Shown here: positions 13,401 to 24,083 of the stretch, piece after piece | How the letters are laid out: every line of letters begins with the position of its first letter | Position numbering within the stretch: the first letter of the stretch is position 1 | Assembly (NCBI RefSeq): GCF_022539665.2 | Contig: NC_081333.1 | Location: 12,772,001-12,836,000 of the forward strand | Direction of reading: 5' to 3' | DNA from: Daphnia carinata | Lineage: Eukaryota | DNA length: 64,000 nucleotides | Program-made: the position numbers and the translations under genes | Notes under the pieces: model-generated | What the model was told of the DNA's origin: nothing | The model's input: the letters and a program-made list of their open reading frames with translations, nothing else | Databases searched by the model: none

Positions 13401-14343
13401 CACGTTAAGTATTCAGCACATAGAGGAATTAAGTCACAGTAATCATGAATACGTCACTATGATTTGCGTTAGTGCCACAAAATCATTGAAACCCTACCAA
13501 CTAAGTTATCGACCGGGAATGAGCTGTAACTTCACTATCGTATTAACACTTCACTTATGACGTTAAATGCTGCAATTTCGACCTATTAATTTTTGGGAAC
13601 ATTTCCGTATTCTAAAGAAGTTAATAAACTGAATATTCGGAGACCAAAGCAGCCAATACTCGTCAACGTTTCAACAAGACGTGGACATGAATAGTGTCTA
13701 GCTCAATAAACGCCATCTGACGAGGGGAGATTCGATACATCTGTTGGCGAAAATGTCGATGCCCTGAACACTAACTAATACTGTAAAGTTTCATTACCTT
13801 GATCACAGAAAATAAAAACGCAAATAGAACTAACACGCCAGACGAACAGAAAAATTATGACGAGCAAGAAGTGCCGATACCGGAAAGAGTTGTTCGGCCA
13901 TCTTGACACGTGGGACCGTGTCTCAAATGATCCAAATCTCTTGAAGCCGGTCACGTGCACACTCTCCAACTATTACATGCGATTAATTTCTCAAGACACT
14001 TTTTTTGTTTTTTCTTACGGGCTTCCTATATGAGAAACATTTCACGTAGTTGACAATTCCCGATGCGTTCAATTGAAGACATACCCAACAGCCTTGGATA
14101 CGAGTACAAGGTTGCTGATCGAAGTCGCCATTTCATGTCGTAACACTTTACTAAGTCACACACTGTAAGATATAATGTATTAAATTAATACTTACTTGAG
14201 GAAGCATCATCAAATAGATAGGTAGCGTTTGCTCGTGATTGCTGCTGGTTGGGATAACTAGGTGGTCCTGGTTGTGGCTGAGGTTGCTGCTGTTGCTGCT
14301 GCTGCTGGCTGTGAATGTTTTTGCCCTTCTGTGGCACGTTCAT
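4428..14343 (-). CDS. eIF4G: Eukaryotic translation initiation factor 4 gamma (~30 exons)
   Basis: eIF4E-binding YDRQFLL (8949-9079), PABP-site-like ALRIVDPN (~11310-11340), MIF4G ([31 protein letters not shown]), MA3 (DIPKLWEY) and W2 ([20 protein letters not shown]) domains. The start ATG at 14343 (MNVPQKGK, polyQ) is inferred from exon phases. Confidence 0.95.
5437..5567 (-). ncRNA. Probable box H/ACA snoRNA in an eIF4G intron
   Basis: In the enlarged 213-nt intron 5388-5600, the sense strand shows hairpin GCACCCT...AGGGTGC, box H ACAAAA, a second hairpin GCC...GGC, then ACA; ~130 nt. Confidence 0.6.
6457..6531 (-). ncRNA. Box C/D snoRNA (copy A), 28S rRNA 2'-O-methylation guide
   Basis: Box C ATGATGA (6517-6523), box D CTGA (6464-6467), terminal stem AAGCGT/GCGCTT, and guide TCAAGCTCAACAGG complementary to conserved LSU rRNA CCUGUUGAGCUUGA. 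Confidence 0.88.
7161..7230 (-). ncRNA. Box C/D snoRNA (copy B), same 28S target
   Basis: Box C ATGATGA (7219-7225), C' ATGATGG, guide CAAGCTCAACAGGG directly before box D CTGA (7166-7169); lies in an enlarged eIF4G intron. Confidence 0.88.
11410..11490 (-). repeat. CAG/CAA-rich polyQ/QP coding tract in eIF4G
   Basis: Plus strand (tgc)n/(tgt)n/gggg mosaic encoding Q/P repeats; a second polyQ tract lies at ~14270-14310. Confidence 0.8.
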
Positions 14344-15241
14344 TGCCTCTGCCAATCGAATGGTTGAGGGCAATTTTCAGCAGCTGCAGTGCGTCGTGGA
14401 CGTCGTCGACGAGCAAATGGACAGACAGCCCGACATTTAAACTTTAAAGTCAACCTGTTTTCAGGAAGAAATGAGGAAAATGTAGGAGACTGGAGGAGGG
14501 GAGTTTTTCTACTCGTCAACACAAAACTAGGCACGCAACATGGGACTCGAAACTGTATCTATTAAGATCTGATTCGATGTTTGCAAATTGACGTTAACAA
14601 TAATGGGATGAATATACGTACAATCAACTGTGAATTTGACGAGAAAAAAGGCCTCGATGCCTCAGATGTCACGGGATATAAAACAGCAAAAGAGAAAAAG
14701 AGTTTTCAGTCGCCGCTTTCTCGGAAGGAACGGTAGTGGCTAGTAGTTGAGAATTAAGACACATGGCGGCGTCTAATTGTGAGCAAAACTTATTCATAGA
14801 TGGCGTAGAATTTGAATGTTTACTTTCATTGCATAAAATTAAACTAAACTTATTTAGTACGATGTTTGTAACGTTAGTAAATTTATTATTAACATGGAAA
14901 CTTTTAATTAAATTCAATAGCAGCGATTTAATACAACGTCCTCTAACGGTAGTTTTTACTGGGATAGCATGTTGGATTTTTATACGAAATTATGTTTAAT
15001 TTTTTACCATTTTACTGTAATTACTTTTTAAATAAGTATTGTTCCACAAATCCGTACATAAGATTTTTTTGAATTTTAATGAAAAGAAGATTTTTATCTG
15101 ACACCATCTTACGGCCAATGTTGTAGTTCACTTCACGCGGTAGACAACTAGGAAAACAAACTTGATGGTCAATGAGTTGGAAGTTACTGAAGAACAACAA
15201 CTCTTGTTTGCAACACTTTTTTGTTTTCATGTTGCAGTGAC

Positions 15242-16693
15242 ATGTACCATAAGTGCCCAAAATTTGGTATTTTAAACTCATTTTTTGTAACCATTCACCA
15301 GTGGAGAAATTAATTAGTAATATCCTGACTTATTGTTTATTAGCTGTAACTGGAGTTTCACTGATATGGGCTGGCTTTATGGTTTATCTGTTAACCCATC
15401 TTCAGAGCTTTGCAGACTATGGAGGGAGGTTCCAGGTGGGGGCTAAGTATGCCCACGAATATCTTTCAAATATTAGTCATTCAGCTTTTAAAGAAGAAGC
15501 AAAAACCATATCAACCACTAATCAAGCTGCCAAAAAGAAACTAATTAATGTAGTCATACAAGCCAGGGAGGATAATATAGGTGGTCTCATAAGTGCTGTC
15601 AATAGTGTTATTGCCAACACGAAATCCTCAGTTCATTTCCATTTTGTTGTGTCTGATGAAACCATATTCCACTTACAGTAAGTGATTACATTTCTGAAGT
15701 TAAGTTTGCATTATAAATGTTTTTTCAATGCAGGGAATGGATGAAAGTTCCTGAACTTTCCAATGTTCAATACTCAATTGCACAACTTCCAGCACACCTA
15801 GAAAAATACTACAACGCTGCAAAATTTGCATTCCTTGATATCTTCCCATCACTACATGATCGTGCTGTCTACCTTGATCCAGATGTGATTGTCCAGGGTA
15901 GATTAATTTGAAAATTATTCTTAATTGTATTTATTAGTATGCTGATGGTTTATCCTAATATTTGCATTTTTATCTTTGGATAGGGGATTTGGCTGACTTA
16001 TTTAAAATTCCAATTCTCGTTAAGGATCTGGGCGCCTTTTCTGATGATTGCCAAGCGGGCTCTGCATCGAAAAGAGTGACTTCACGCGTCGAAATGCTAT
16101 ACGCCTCCCGCTTAAATCTAAAACAGCACGAAATAGCTAAACTCAATCTCAATCCGCTAACGTGTACCTTCAGTACAGGCGTGTTTGTTACTTCCGACGT
16201 GGACACTTGGAGAAATGAAAAAGTGGCAGAAAAAATCCTTGATTTGATTCATTCTCATGAACGGTACAGCTCGATGTTTTACAGATCACAATGGCTTTTC
16301 TTTAACTGTATTATTCAGATCTTCCATCATAGGACCACAGGGTGGGTTGGATGTAGTTGAAGCCGCTATCTTGGCCATTTTTCACGGACGTACATCACCG
16401 ATTGATCCCATGTGGCATGTTGGAAATTTAGGTACTTTACTGCCTCTGTCGCTTACCATTATTTATTGTAAATATTTCATTTATCTGTCCAAATAGGACT
16501 GTCCCGTGGATCAAGATACTCACCCTTTTACTTAAATAACGCAAAATTATTGCACTTTAATGGCCATTTTAAGCCATGGAAATCAGTTCGGAGTTTTGGA
16601 AGTACTTTTGAACAGAAAATTTGGGATAAGTATTTTATTCCTGACCCGCTTGGCCGCTTCGTGCCTATTCGTAAGAAATATTCGGAAATTTAA
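15242..16693 (+). CDS. GLT8D1: Glycosyltransferase 8 domain-containing protein (GLT8D1/2-like)
   Basis: N-terminal TM segment, INVVI..AVNSVIANTKSSVHFH, DxD motif YLDPDVIVQGD, AFSDDC, IDPMWHV, AKLLHFNGHFKPW, C-terminal WDKYFIPDPLGRF. The start ATG at 15242 is inferred. Confidence 0.85.
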
Positions 16694-18472
16694 ATCTTTA
16701 TTTTTGAGTAAATGTTTGCTTTTGTGTCTATTTTAAGTCTAATAGAGCCATTTAGAGAGCATCGCTGATGTCTCAATTTGTAACACTGATGTCGATATAT
16801 TATCTATCTCATTGCCAGTCACAACCGTTTTTGAAATGTGATTCTGAAACACATGAGACGATGTTGGAGGCTCGCTCCTGCTTTACAAATTCTTCTGTTC
16901 CCATTTCCTTTTGTACGTCATCGACTCACGCCATGCACGTAACGTCATTCAACTAGTGGAAACCATGGCGAACTAGAACGTTGCGTCTTTTTCCGAATGG
17001 TTCAGCTCAGCTCATTTGCGCTCCTTATTCGATAGGGTAGAGCAGTCTATTCTTGAAGTACGTTCTCCAACGTGGTAATTTCAGGCAAAGCCAGAAATAC
17101 GATCGTGGAGGTGCACGAATGGAATGGGCATGAGCTCTTTGTATGTGGAATCGCTTAAGAAAGGCAGCGGGAGATAGAACAGAGCATCTTAAATAATATG
17201 AAACGTATTGTGTATTGTGTTGCATTTTCAAAAACTTTTTAACCAGACATCAATCCAAGTGCCTGGAACCCTGAGCAAATAGGAAGAAAAAAAAGAAAAG
17301 ACCATTAGATATTCAGTAGCCATCCGGTGTGGAATCAGATGGATATTCCGTCCGTCTCGAAACTCGTGACTCAGACTGTTGAAGCTTGACATTTATATAG
17401 CCATCAGAGAGCGAACTCGATCTACTCTCAACTTTAATTGTTTCTCATCATTTTCGAGAGAGCACAAGCGGATAGTACAATAACTTATGGATGATTCCAG
17501 GAACAGTAACCAAATTTAACTTACCAGCAGTAGGAAATAAAGGACAGACGAAAACAACTTCCGCAGCAAGGCTAGGATGTATTACGACTGCCTCTCAGAC
17601 GGCAACTAGGATTCTGTATAACAGCGGATTTTATTTTTAGACTTCGAGACCTCCTTAAAGCTAAAAACTACCACACACGAAGGCATCCTGTGCAATGAAA
17701 AACTTCTTAATTTTGTATTTGTGTTTTGCAAAAAAACAAACAAACAAATGTTCGCCCGCACAATAATAAAAAAAAGTAAAAAAAAAACGCAAGTTACACG
17801 AATAAAAAAATCAAATGCGATTGATTCAAAATGAAAAGGTGTAAAAAAAACAAACGGTTACGGCCTACTACGACAAACAGTATTCGCATTCAATGGGGAG
17901 AGGGAGTAGTAGACATGTATCGATGGTGCAGGATGAACAGTATTGTAAGGAAAGAAATACAAAACAGTTGGTCCTAGGGATGAAATTGTGAGCTGATGAA
18001 AACAAACTGGCGTTTAATGAAGGGGAGCTCTGGGTAAAACAATGCAAGATGCATTGCAATGGCAACTTTCGCACTCTTAAAATCTCATTCATCCCTATAT
18101 TCTCCAAACGAATAAGAAAACGTTCCTAAACTTACTCCTAAGCCGGAAAGAAATGTGGCACAATTGGGAAAATAAAATGAAAAAATGAGATAAAATAAAA
18201 ATAAAATAATTAAGAAGAGACTAAAGTAAACAAAACCCCCAAAAATATTATAAACTAAAAATAGAAACACAAATTACTACTCCAAATATGCTTCCGTATT
18301 AGCTTCAATTATTCAAACGAATACCGTACTTATTATTATTCTTTCTTTTTTTCTTTTCGTTTTTTTTTTGTTTTGCTTAGAACGCAATATAGTTTTGTTT
18401 AAAAAAGGGGATTGGGATGATCAGGATTATAGGAGAGGTTTTGGCAGTTATATTTAACGTTTTTGTTTGTTT

Positions 18473-19592
18473 TTATTCTGAGGCTTTACTTTCTTTTTTC
18501 GGTTCTGAGCTGTCTTCTTTTTCTTTCACCGGCTCACTAGTGGTAGCGGCATCGTTGTTTTCTTTCTTGTTGTTTTCTTCTGTTTCTTGTTTCTCTGTTG
18601 CTTGTTTCTCTGTTTCTTGTTTCTCTTCATCTTTGTTGGCTGACTCCTCAATTGGTTTTGTGTCATCTTTGGCTTCTTCTATGCTTACCTCTGTTCTTTC
18701 CTCTTCCTTCATTTCAGATTCTTCATTTTCTGTTGAGCTGTCATTGACACTTTTCTTTGGGGGCCTCCCTCTGCGACCTAAACACATAGAAGTTTGAATT
18801 TCTTGCCAATTGGAACTATTTTGGCTCAAGCACTCACCGGTACCAGCTGAAGAAGTTTTAGGTGTCTTTTTGGGGGATTTTTTCTCTTTCTTGGCTGGGG
18901 GTGGGGATGCTGCAGGGACTACTTTTGCACCCGACCTTGTTCTCCGTCTACCTTGATCTTCTCCATCTTCTTTGTATCCCATTTCCTGTGGTAGTACAAC
19001 AAGATTTTGCCATTAATTGCAATATATGTAACCAAACTATCTGAATAACATACTTTGAGCAGTGCTTCACCTTCTTGGGTGGTCCGTTCCAAAGCAGACA
19101 GTTTCTTCACCAAACCCTTCTTTCCTTTGGCATCAGCACCATCATGCTACAAAAAAAATAAGAATGCCTTCTTTATTGATGCGTGAAATATTCCGTTTGG
19201 GTGAAGGTATTCAATTCAATAAAAATAAAAATTTCCCGCCAAAAGACGATTCATTCGACACTATATCCAAACATGTAAAACTACACTTCAAAAAACAAGA
19301 AAAAAAGGTAAAACGTAGCCAGCAAACAATTTGTGGAAGAATCACATTCAAAATTCGTAAAACTTATTTTCCGATTAGGACAACTAGGCGATCTCAATCG
19401 GACATGCCCAAACGGCAGAATCCACAGGCATAGAGACCTAGCCGCCAATGGCTTTCCTTTCCTACCCTGACCCGAACGTTGTGGCAAACCCAGTTCAATG
19501 TATTGGTTTTTTTTCAAACCATTAGCGACCTTGATTATCACTTCGCATACCTGATTGTTTTCGGACACAACCTCAGCCACTTCACTTGACAT
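18473..19592 (-). CDS. AT-hook protein with long acidic tail (HMGA/D1-like chromatin protein), 4 exons
   Basis: MSSEVAEVVSENNQ|HDGADAKGKKGLVKKLSALERTTQEGEALLK|EMGYKEDGEDQGRRRTRSG...|GRRGRPPKK followed by an E/K-rich tail with KQETE/KQATE repeats; canonical splice sites. Confidence 0.7.
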
Positions 19593-20136
19593 TTTAAATG
19601 GTATCTCGGATTATTTTGAATAATAACTCAGTTGGAAAACGGAAACTCAAAGCCAAACCGGCGAACACGGGGTAGTAAACAACACAACGCCAGAGGACGC
19701 TTCGATACCCAAGCGGTTTTTAACTTTGTAAAAATTGCCGTCAAAGATGGCGTTAGTCACGTGACTTTAAATGCATGCGTTAGCGCCAGATTGTTGATAT
19801 TGTCTTTTTCAATGAAAACGAGTTTTCAGAAATTCAAATTTTTTGCCACGAATGAATCGAGTATATTGTTTAGTTGGTCAATGTAAAAGTCTGAAAACGG
19901 CTGATTTTCTTGCGTCGTATAAAGTGATATTTTAATGGCATAACAAATTAAATAAATAATGAAGGTGAAATAAGAATAATTTCAAAATCGATATATAGGA
20001 ACAATGTGTCGCGCAGGGAAATCAAGGAGAGACAAATGAGTGTAGGGAGAAAGAAAAACCTATTTTGTTCGCTTTTTTTAAACCTGCGGGTATTTTGCGC
20101 GTCATTTTTTTTTTTTCAATTTCCTTTGTTGAACGT

Positions 20137-20744
20137 TCACAATTTCATATCGATCAAATTGGGTGCCGTATCAATTGAACTTCTTCCGGCTGTGGAGCCG
20201 ACAGAAGCGCTACTGACGGCCGACGAAGACGGCCGAGACCGGACGCAGCGGTAGACGTAAGCCGAGATGCTGACATCGTCACCCGCACGTAAACAACGCT
20301 CTAGAGGTCGGTTGCATTGGCAGCTATTAAGTAAAACGGATTCAACAAATGTTTTAAATCAAATATCACACACGTAGCATTATTTCAATCAAACTTACAT
20401 GTTTCGAACAAAGTAGTCCATTTGGCGTGTGTTTGAATTGTAAACTCCCCAGCTGCTCGTCGATCAAATTACAAAACGTTCAAGTGTATAGTGATATCGT
20501 TGCAATAGAATTCGAATACAATAACGTACCCACAAGGAGTGTGGAAACCGCAGAATGTTACTTGACCGCTCTGTCTCTAAACGTTTTCATGAACAAAGAA
20601 GCAGAAAAATTCTGATTATTTAGAAATACAATTTCTTTATTAGGAAATATTGAGAACCGTTACAACCTTTGCGACGCTCATAGGTCGAGCAGAGTGGATG
20701 ACAAGCAACAAACTGAAGAGGGCCAATCGCAAAGCAGCACTCAT
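20137..20744 (-). CDS. Small secreted six-cysteine protein precursor, 121 aa, 4 exons
   Basis: Exons 20744-20667, 20576-20530, 20452-20399 and 20323-20137 splice in phase: signal peptide MSAALRLALFSLLLVIHSARP, then KR, then QSGQVTFCGFHTPCGWGVYNSNTRQMDYFVRNICQCNRPLERCLRAGDDVSISAYVYRC. Confidence 0.85.
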
Positions 20745-20891
20745 GTTGTTGATTTGGTTTTTGTTTGATTCCGTCCAAAAGTACTTGTACGAATGATATA
20801 AAGCTCTTGTGTACAACAAGCTTAACAATCTGAGTTTAATAATCTTTTTTATGAAAAGTTGGATGACGTACTCGACAGAAGCAGCGGGTTC

Positions 20892-20931
20892 GACTGAATG
20901 AAAACGCTCAGAGTCGCACGGTCTTTTTATA
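20892..20931 (-). promoter_or_regulatory. TATA box plus initiator of the secreted-protein gene
   Basis: TATAAAAA starting at 20931 and TCATTC/TCAGTC Inr (arthropod TCAKTY) ~32-36 nt downstream. Confidence 0.7.
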
Positions 20932-23900
20932 CTGCGACCCGGCCTTCTGTTGCATTTAGCTCCACCCACGCAGGTAACGTCTGTCTTTCTTTTCTCTAAT
21001 ACCTTTACAGGGAAATACAATGCTCAATAAGTTCAGTAGCATGTAGAAGCCGAAACGCATATATGAACTTAACTTGCAACAATTCTATGGACTTGAAGCA
21101 TTCTCCTACATTACCTCCAACGTTATAAACCTGTCTCTTTTATCTTGACCAAGAAGACGATTGCTTGTTTTTGATTGGACGCCTCAGTTTTTTTAAAAGA
21201 GGTAAGAAAACAAAGAGAAAAGGGGCTCTCCAACTGCCGTTTCCGGTGGTCACAAGTCACAAAGAAAAAGAAAGAAAGAGTTTGACTAGATCAAAGACCT
21301 TTTGGTTTGCCATACAGACGTAATGGCCTAATGAATTAGGAACCAAATGAAATGAAAAAAAGAGTGAATTCAGGTTGCAATAGCATCTCTTAAATTGATG
21401 ATTCGTTGCGTCGGTTAACTCTAGGTATACTACGCCATTGGCAAAGTTTTTTCAACTGCTAAAAAAATGATGACAGACAATGGTGAGATTGTGCCATGGC
21501 TGACGCAATCCATCACGGACACCCGTCAGCCTATCCAAACCTACTTGTAAACTAGAAATTCAAGAACAAGAGGCAACAAAAATAGGTCGTCATCGTCGTC
21601 TCTGATACCACTCCATATCACAATATTAAAATACAAAATAAATAAATATGGTGACTGACTCGGCAAAAGATCGAACCATGTCAGACCGTTTTGAAAGAAA
21701 AATCCTGAATGGATTATCTCCACCAACAGCGCACTTTTTAAAACTACGAAGTGCTGAAAAATAGAGATATTTCACACAACCAGATTGACGTTTGAGCATC
21801 TTCCGTTCTCTCTTTTTTTTTTCCTATCAGCAGAAAATCCTTTCAAGATTTTGTGTCATTAGCCTTTCCATTGAACTAAACACAGATTGAAATGGAATCC
21901 TATAACTAAAGGATCACGCCTTATTCCCAACATGAAAACATTACTTGCGTAAAAGGAAAATTTAGGAAAGTTAGAGTTAATCGATGCTCACGCCGGAAAC
22001 AATTGAATTATATCACTTGGGCCTACGTGTTAGAGACCCCCAACATATGTGAAGCAGAAATAGAAGGATCACGAGCGTCGTCATAGATTACGATAAACAT
22101 AATGCGCAGAAGTCGAGTCCTAGGCTTATTATAGTATTTGGAGTAGAAAGACTCTATGACTTACGATAAATGTCGCAATGGCCGCCCAACACTCGTGTTG
22201 TTCTTATGAGAATCAGATCATTCAGTGTTTTGGTCTGTTGGAAATGTCATCTCTTGCGCTATCTGTAATCCAATTACGGGTCAAGATCGGGCGCGATTTG
22301 ATAGGTCAAAACCAAACTGAGACGTAGTTTCAAGACCTTGCATAAGCAATTCATACAACTGGGTTACTCAACCATAAAATGTTATATAGCCTCTTATAAA
22401 TAAGTCAGACATCCGTTACCATAGACATGTTTAGCAATCTGTAGGAAGACGGAACGAGCCTCTTGATGGATTGGTTGAACCAACTTGTTGTTGTTGTTGC
22501 TTTCCCGGCAACTTGTGGGTTTCGTTTTCAATTAAGTAATGAAGAAGCTGAGCTTTTGGCTACGACGCCACTAAAAAAATTATTCTAAGGCTTCTTCGAA
22601 CGTCAATGCACTTGTTTCTTGGGAATCACTACAAGCGCATTGATTCATTCACTCTTTTCCGCTCCTAAAAGAAAATTCATTGCCATCAGCTTTGCCATCA
22701 GGGTGTCCAACAGATATAGCATATACAGTTACCCTTGGGCGTGCCACTAGCCAATTCTTTGAATCCCGCGAGCCACCTTACGCCATCTGTTAATCCTTAA
22801 TGTGACTTGGTGACATACGAGTGGAACTGTCAAAGATAAAATAAAAATAAAACAAATAGAAATGAGACGTGGGTGTCACCTTGACCGGTTTGCAAAGAAA
22901 GAAACCCCTTTTTGCACAACATGCAGCTTAGAAAATCATGCATACAAGGCGAAAAGCTCCGAGGAAGTACCGAAATAATGACGAGTGTTATACAATACCT
23001 TGTGCATGGTACTCACTGCATTTGACATAATGGCAGCAGGGTTATTCATGAATGTTTCACACATCCTGGTTTCGCATCCTGTGGGCTGGGTTTCACTTCC
23101 TGTGATAGAGCGGATCTTTGATTAGCTTTGCTGTCACAATAAAAATTTAAAAACATTATTTTTGCCCCTTTTTTTGAAATTTTAGATTGCTAATGAAAAA
23201 TTCAGTAGACATGATTCACCGGAAAGGGGTTAAAACCCAACTGTACTACTACTAACAAGCTATTCTCGGTAATCATTATTCGGTCACAACTCAACCACGA
23301 GACGAGCAGATTAAGATTCAGAGTGCACTCCATACACGCAGTAAGATTGTCATTAAGCTGCGGCCACGTGAGAGCAATCAATGTTTATTTTGACTGCGTA
23401 GTTCTTTCTTTCTCCCACAACATGGCGGTCTCGAAATTTCCGCAAAACCCAACCACCATTATTTAAAGCCAATTTCTCAACATCCAACAAATGGAGACTA
23501 CTTCCAGTGAATGCACCGAAGTACCAAAATTCTACAGAAGTAAGTCCATTTTCCCAAAAATCTAAAATCAACGTTGAAAACGAAAATCTTTACATTCTTT
23601 GACAATGCATGAGACTAGGCGGGAAAGGTAACATGCAAAACATACATCGACTCTTTTTATAGCGAAAATTGGTCATGTAATGTGACTTTTCCTACTTTTA
23701 ACTTCCAAAACCACGTAACGTTCCTAGGATGCTTGTTTGATCGATTTCACCAAAGCCGATAAACAAACAGGCGTGTGTGTCTAGAAACTGCGTCGTTTCA
23801 TGCTGGAGAGGTATTTCGCCACCACGCGGCGTTAGATGGCGTTGAATCGCATAGCAATAGCAATCGTGTTTCATTGGCTCTAGAACCCCATTGTCGTTCC

Positions 23901-24083
23901 CAACCCCCTAGTGCAGCAGAGCTCACCACGAACTCGTGTTCATTTTTGTTTTATTCTTCCGTCATCGTTTGAGCAAACTACACATATGTTTACAATTTGG
24001 CCAAATCCATTGGTCTTGGTAAACATTTAACTATACAAAAATATTACTTTCATCTAAATTGATGTGCAACTGCATTACGTGTT

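Noticed and set aside
14763..14999. ORF MAASNCEQ... upstream of GLT8D1
   Set aside because: AT-rich with no recognisable motif; ACATGGCGGC is more likely a YY1-like promoter or 5'UTR element.
16960..17640. Coding-like stretch between GLT8D1 and the AT-hook gene
   Set aside because: The frames I read are interrupted by stops, with no recognisable protein and no consistent splice model; possibly a decayed relic.
21000..24000. 3-kb gene-free region with scattered AGGTCA half-sites and a repeated TTACGATAAA
   Set aside because: No full ecdysone-response palindrome, transposon hallmark or ncRNA structure that I can support.
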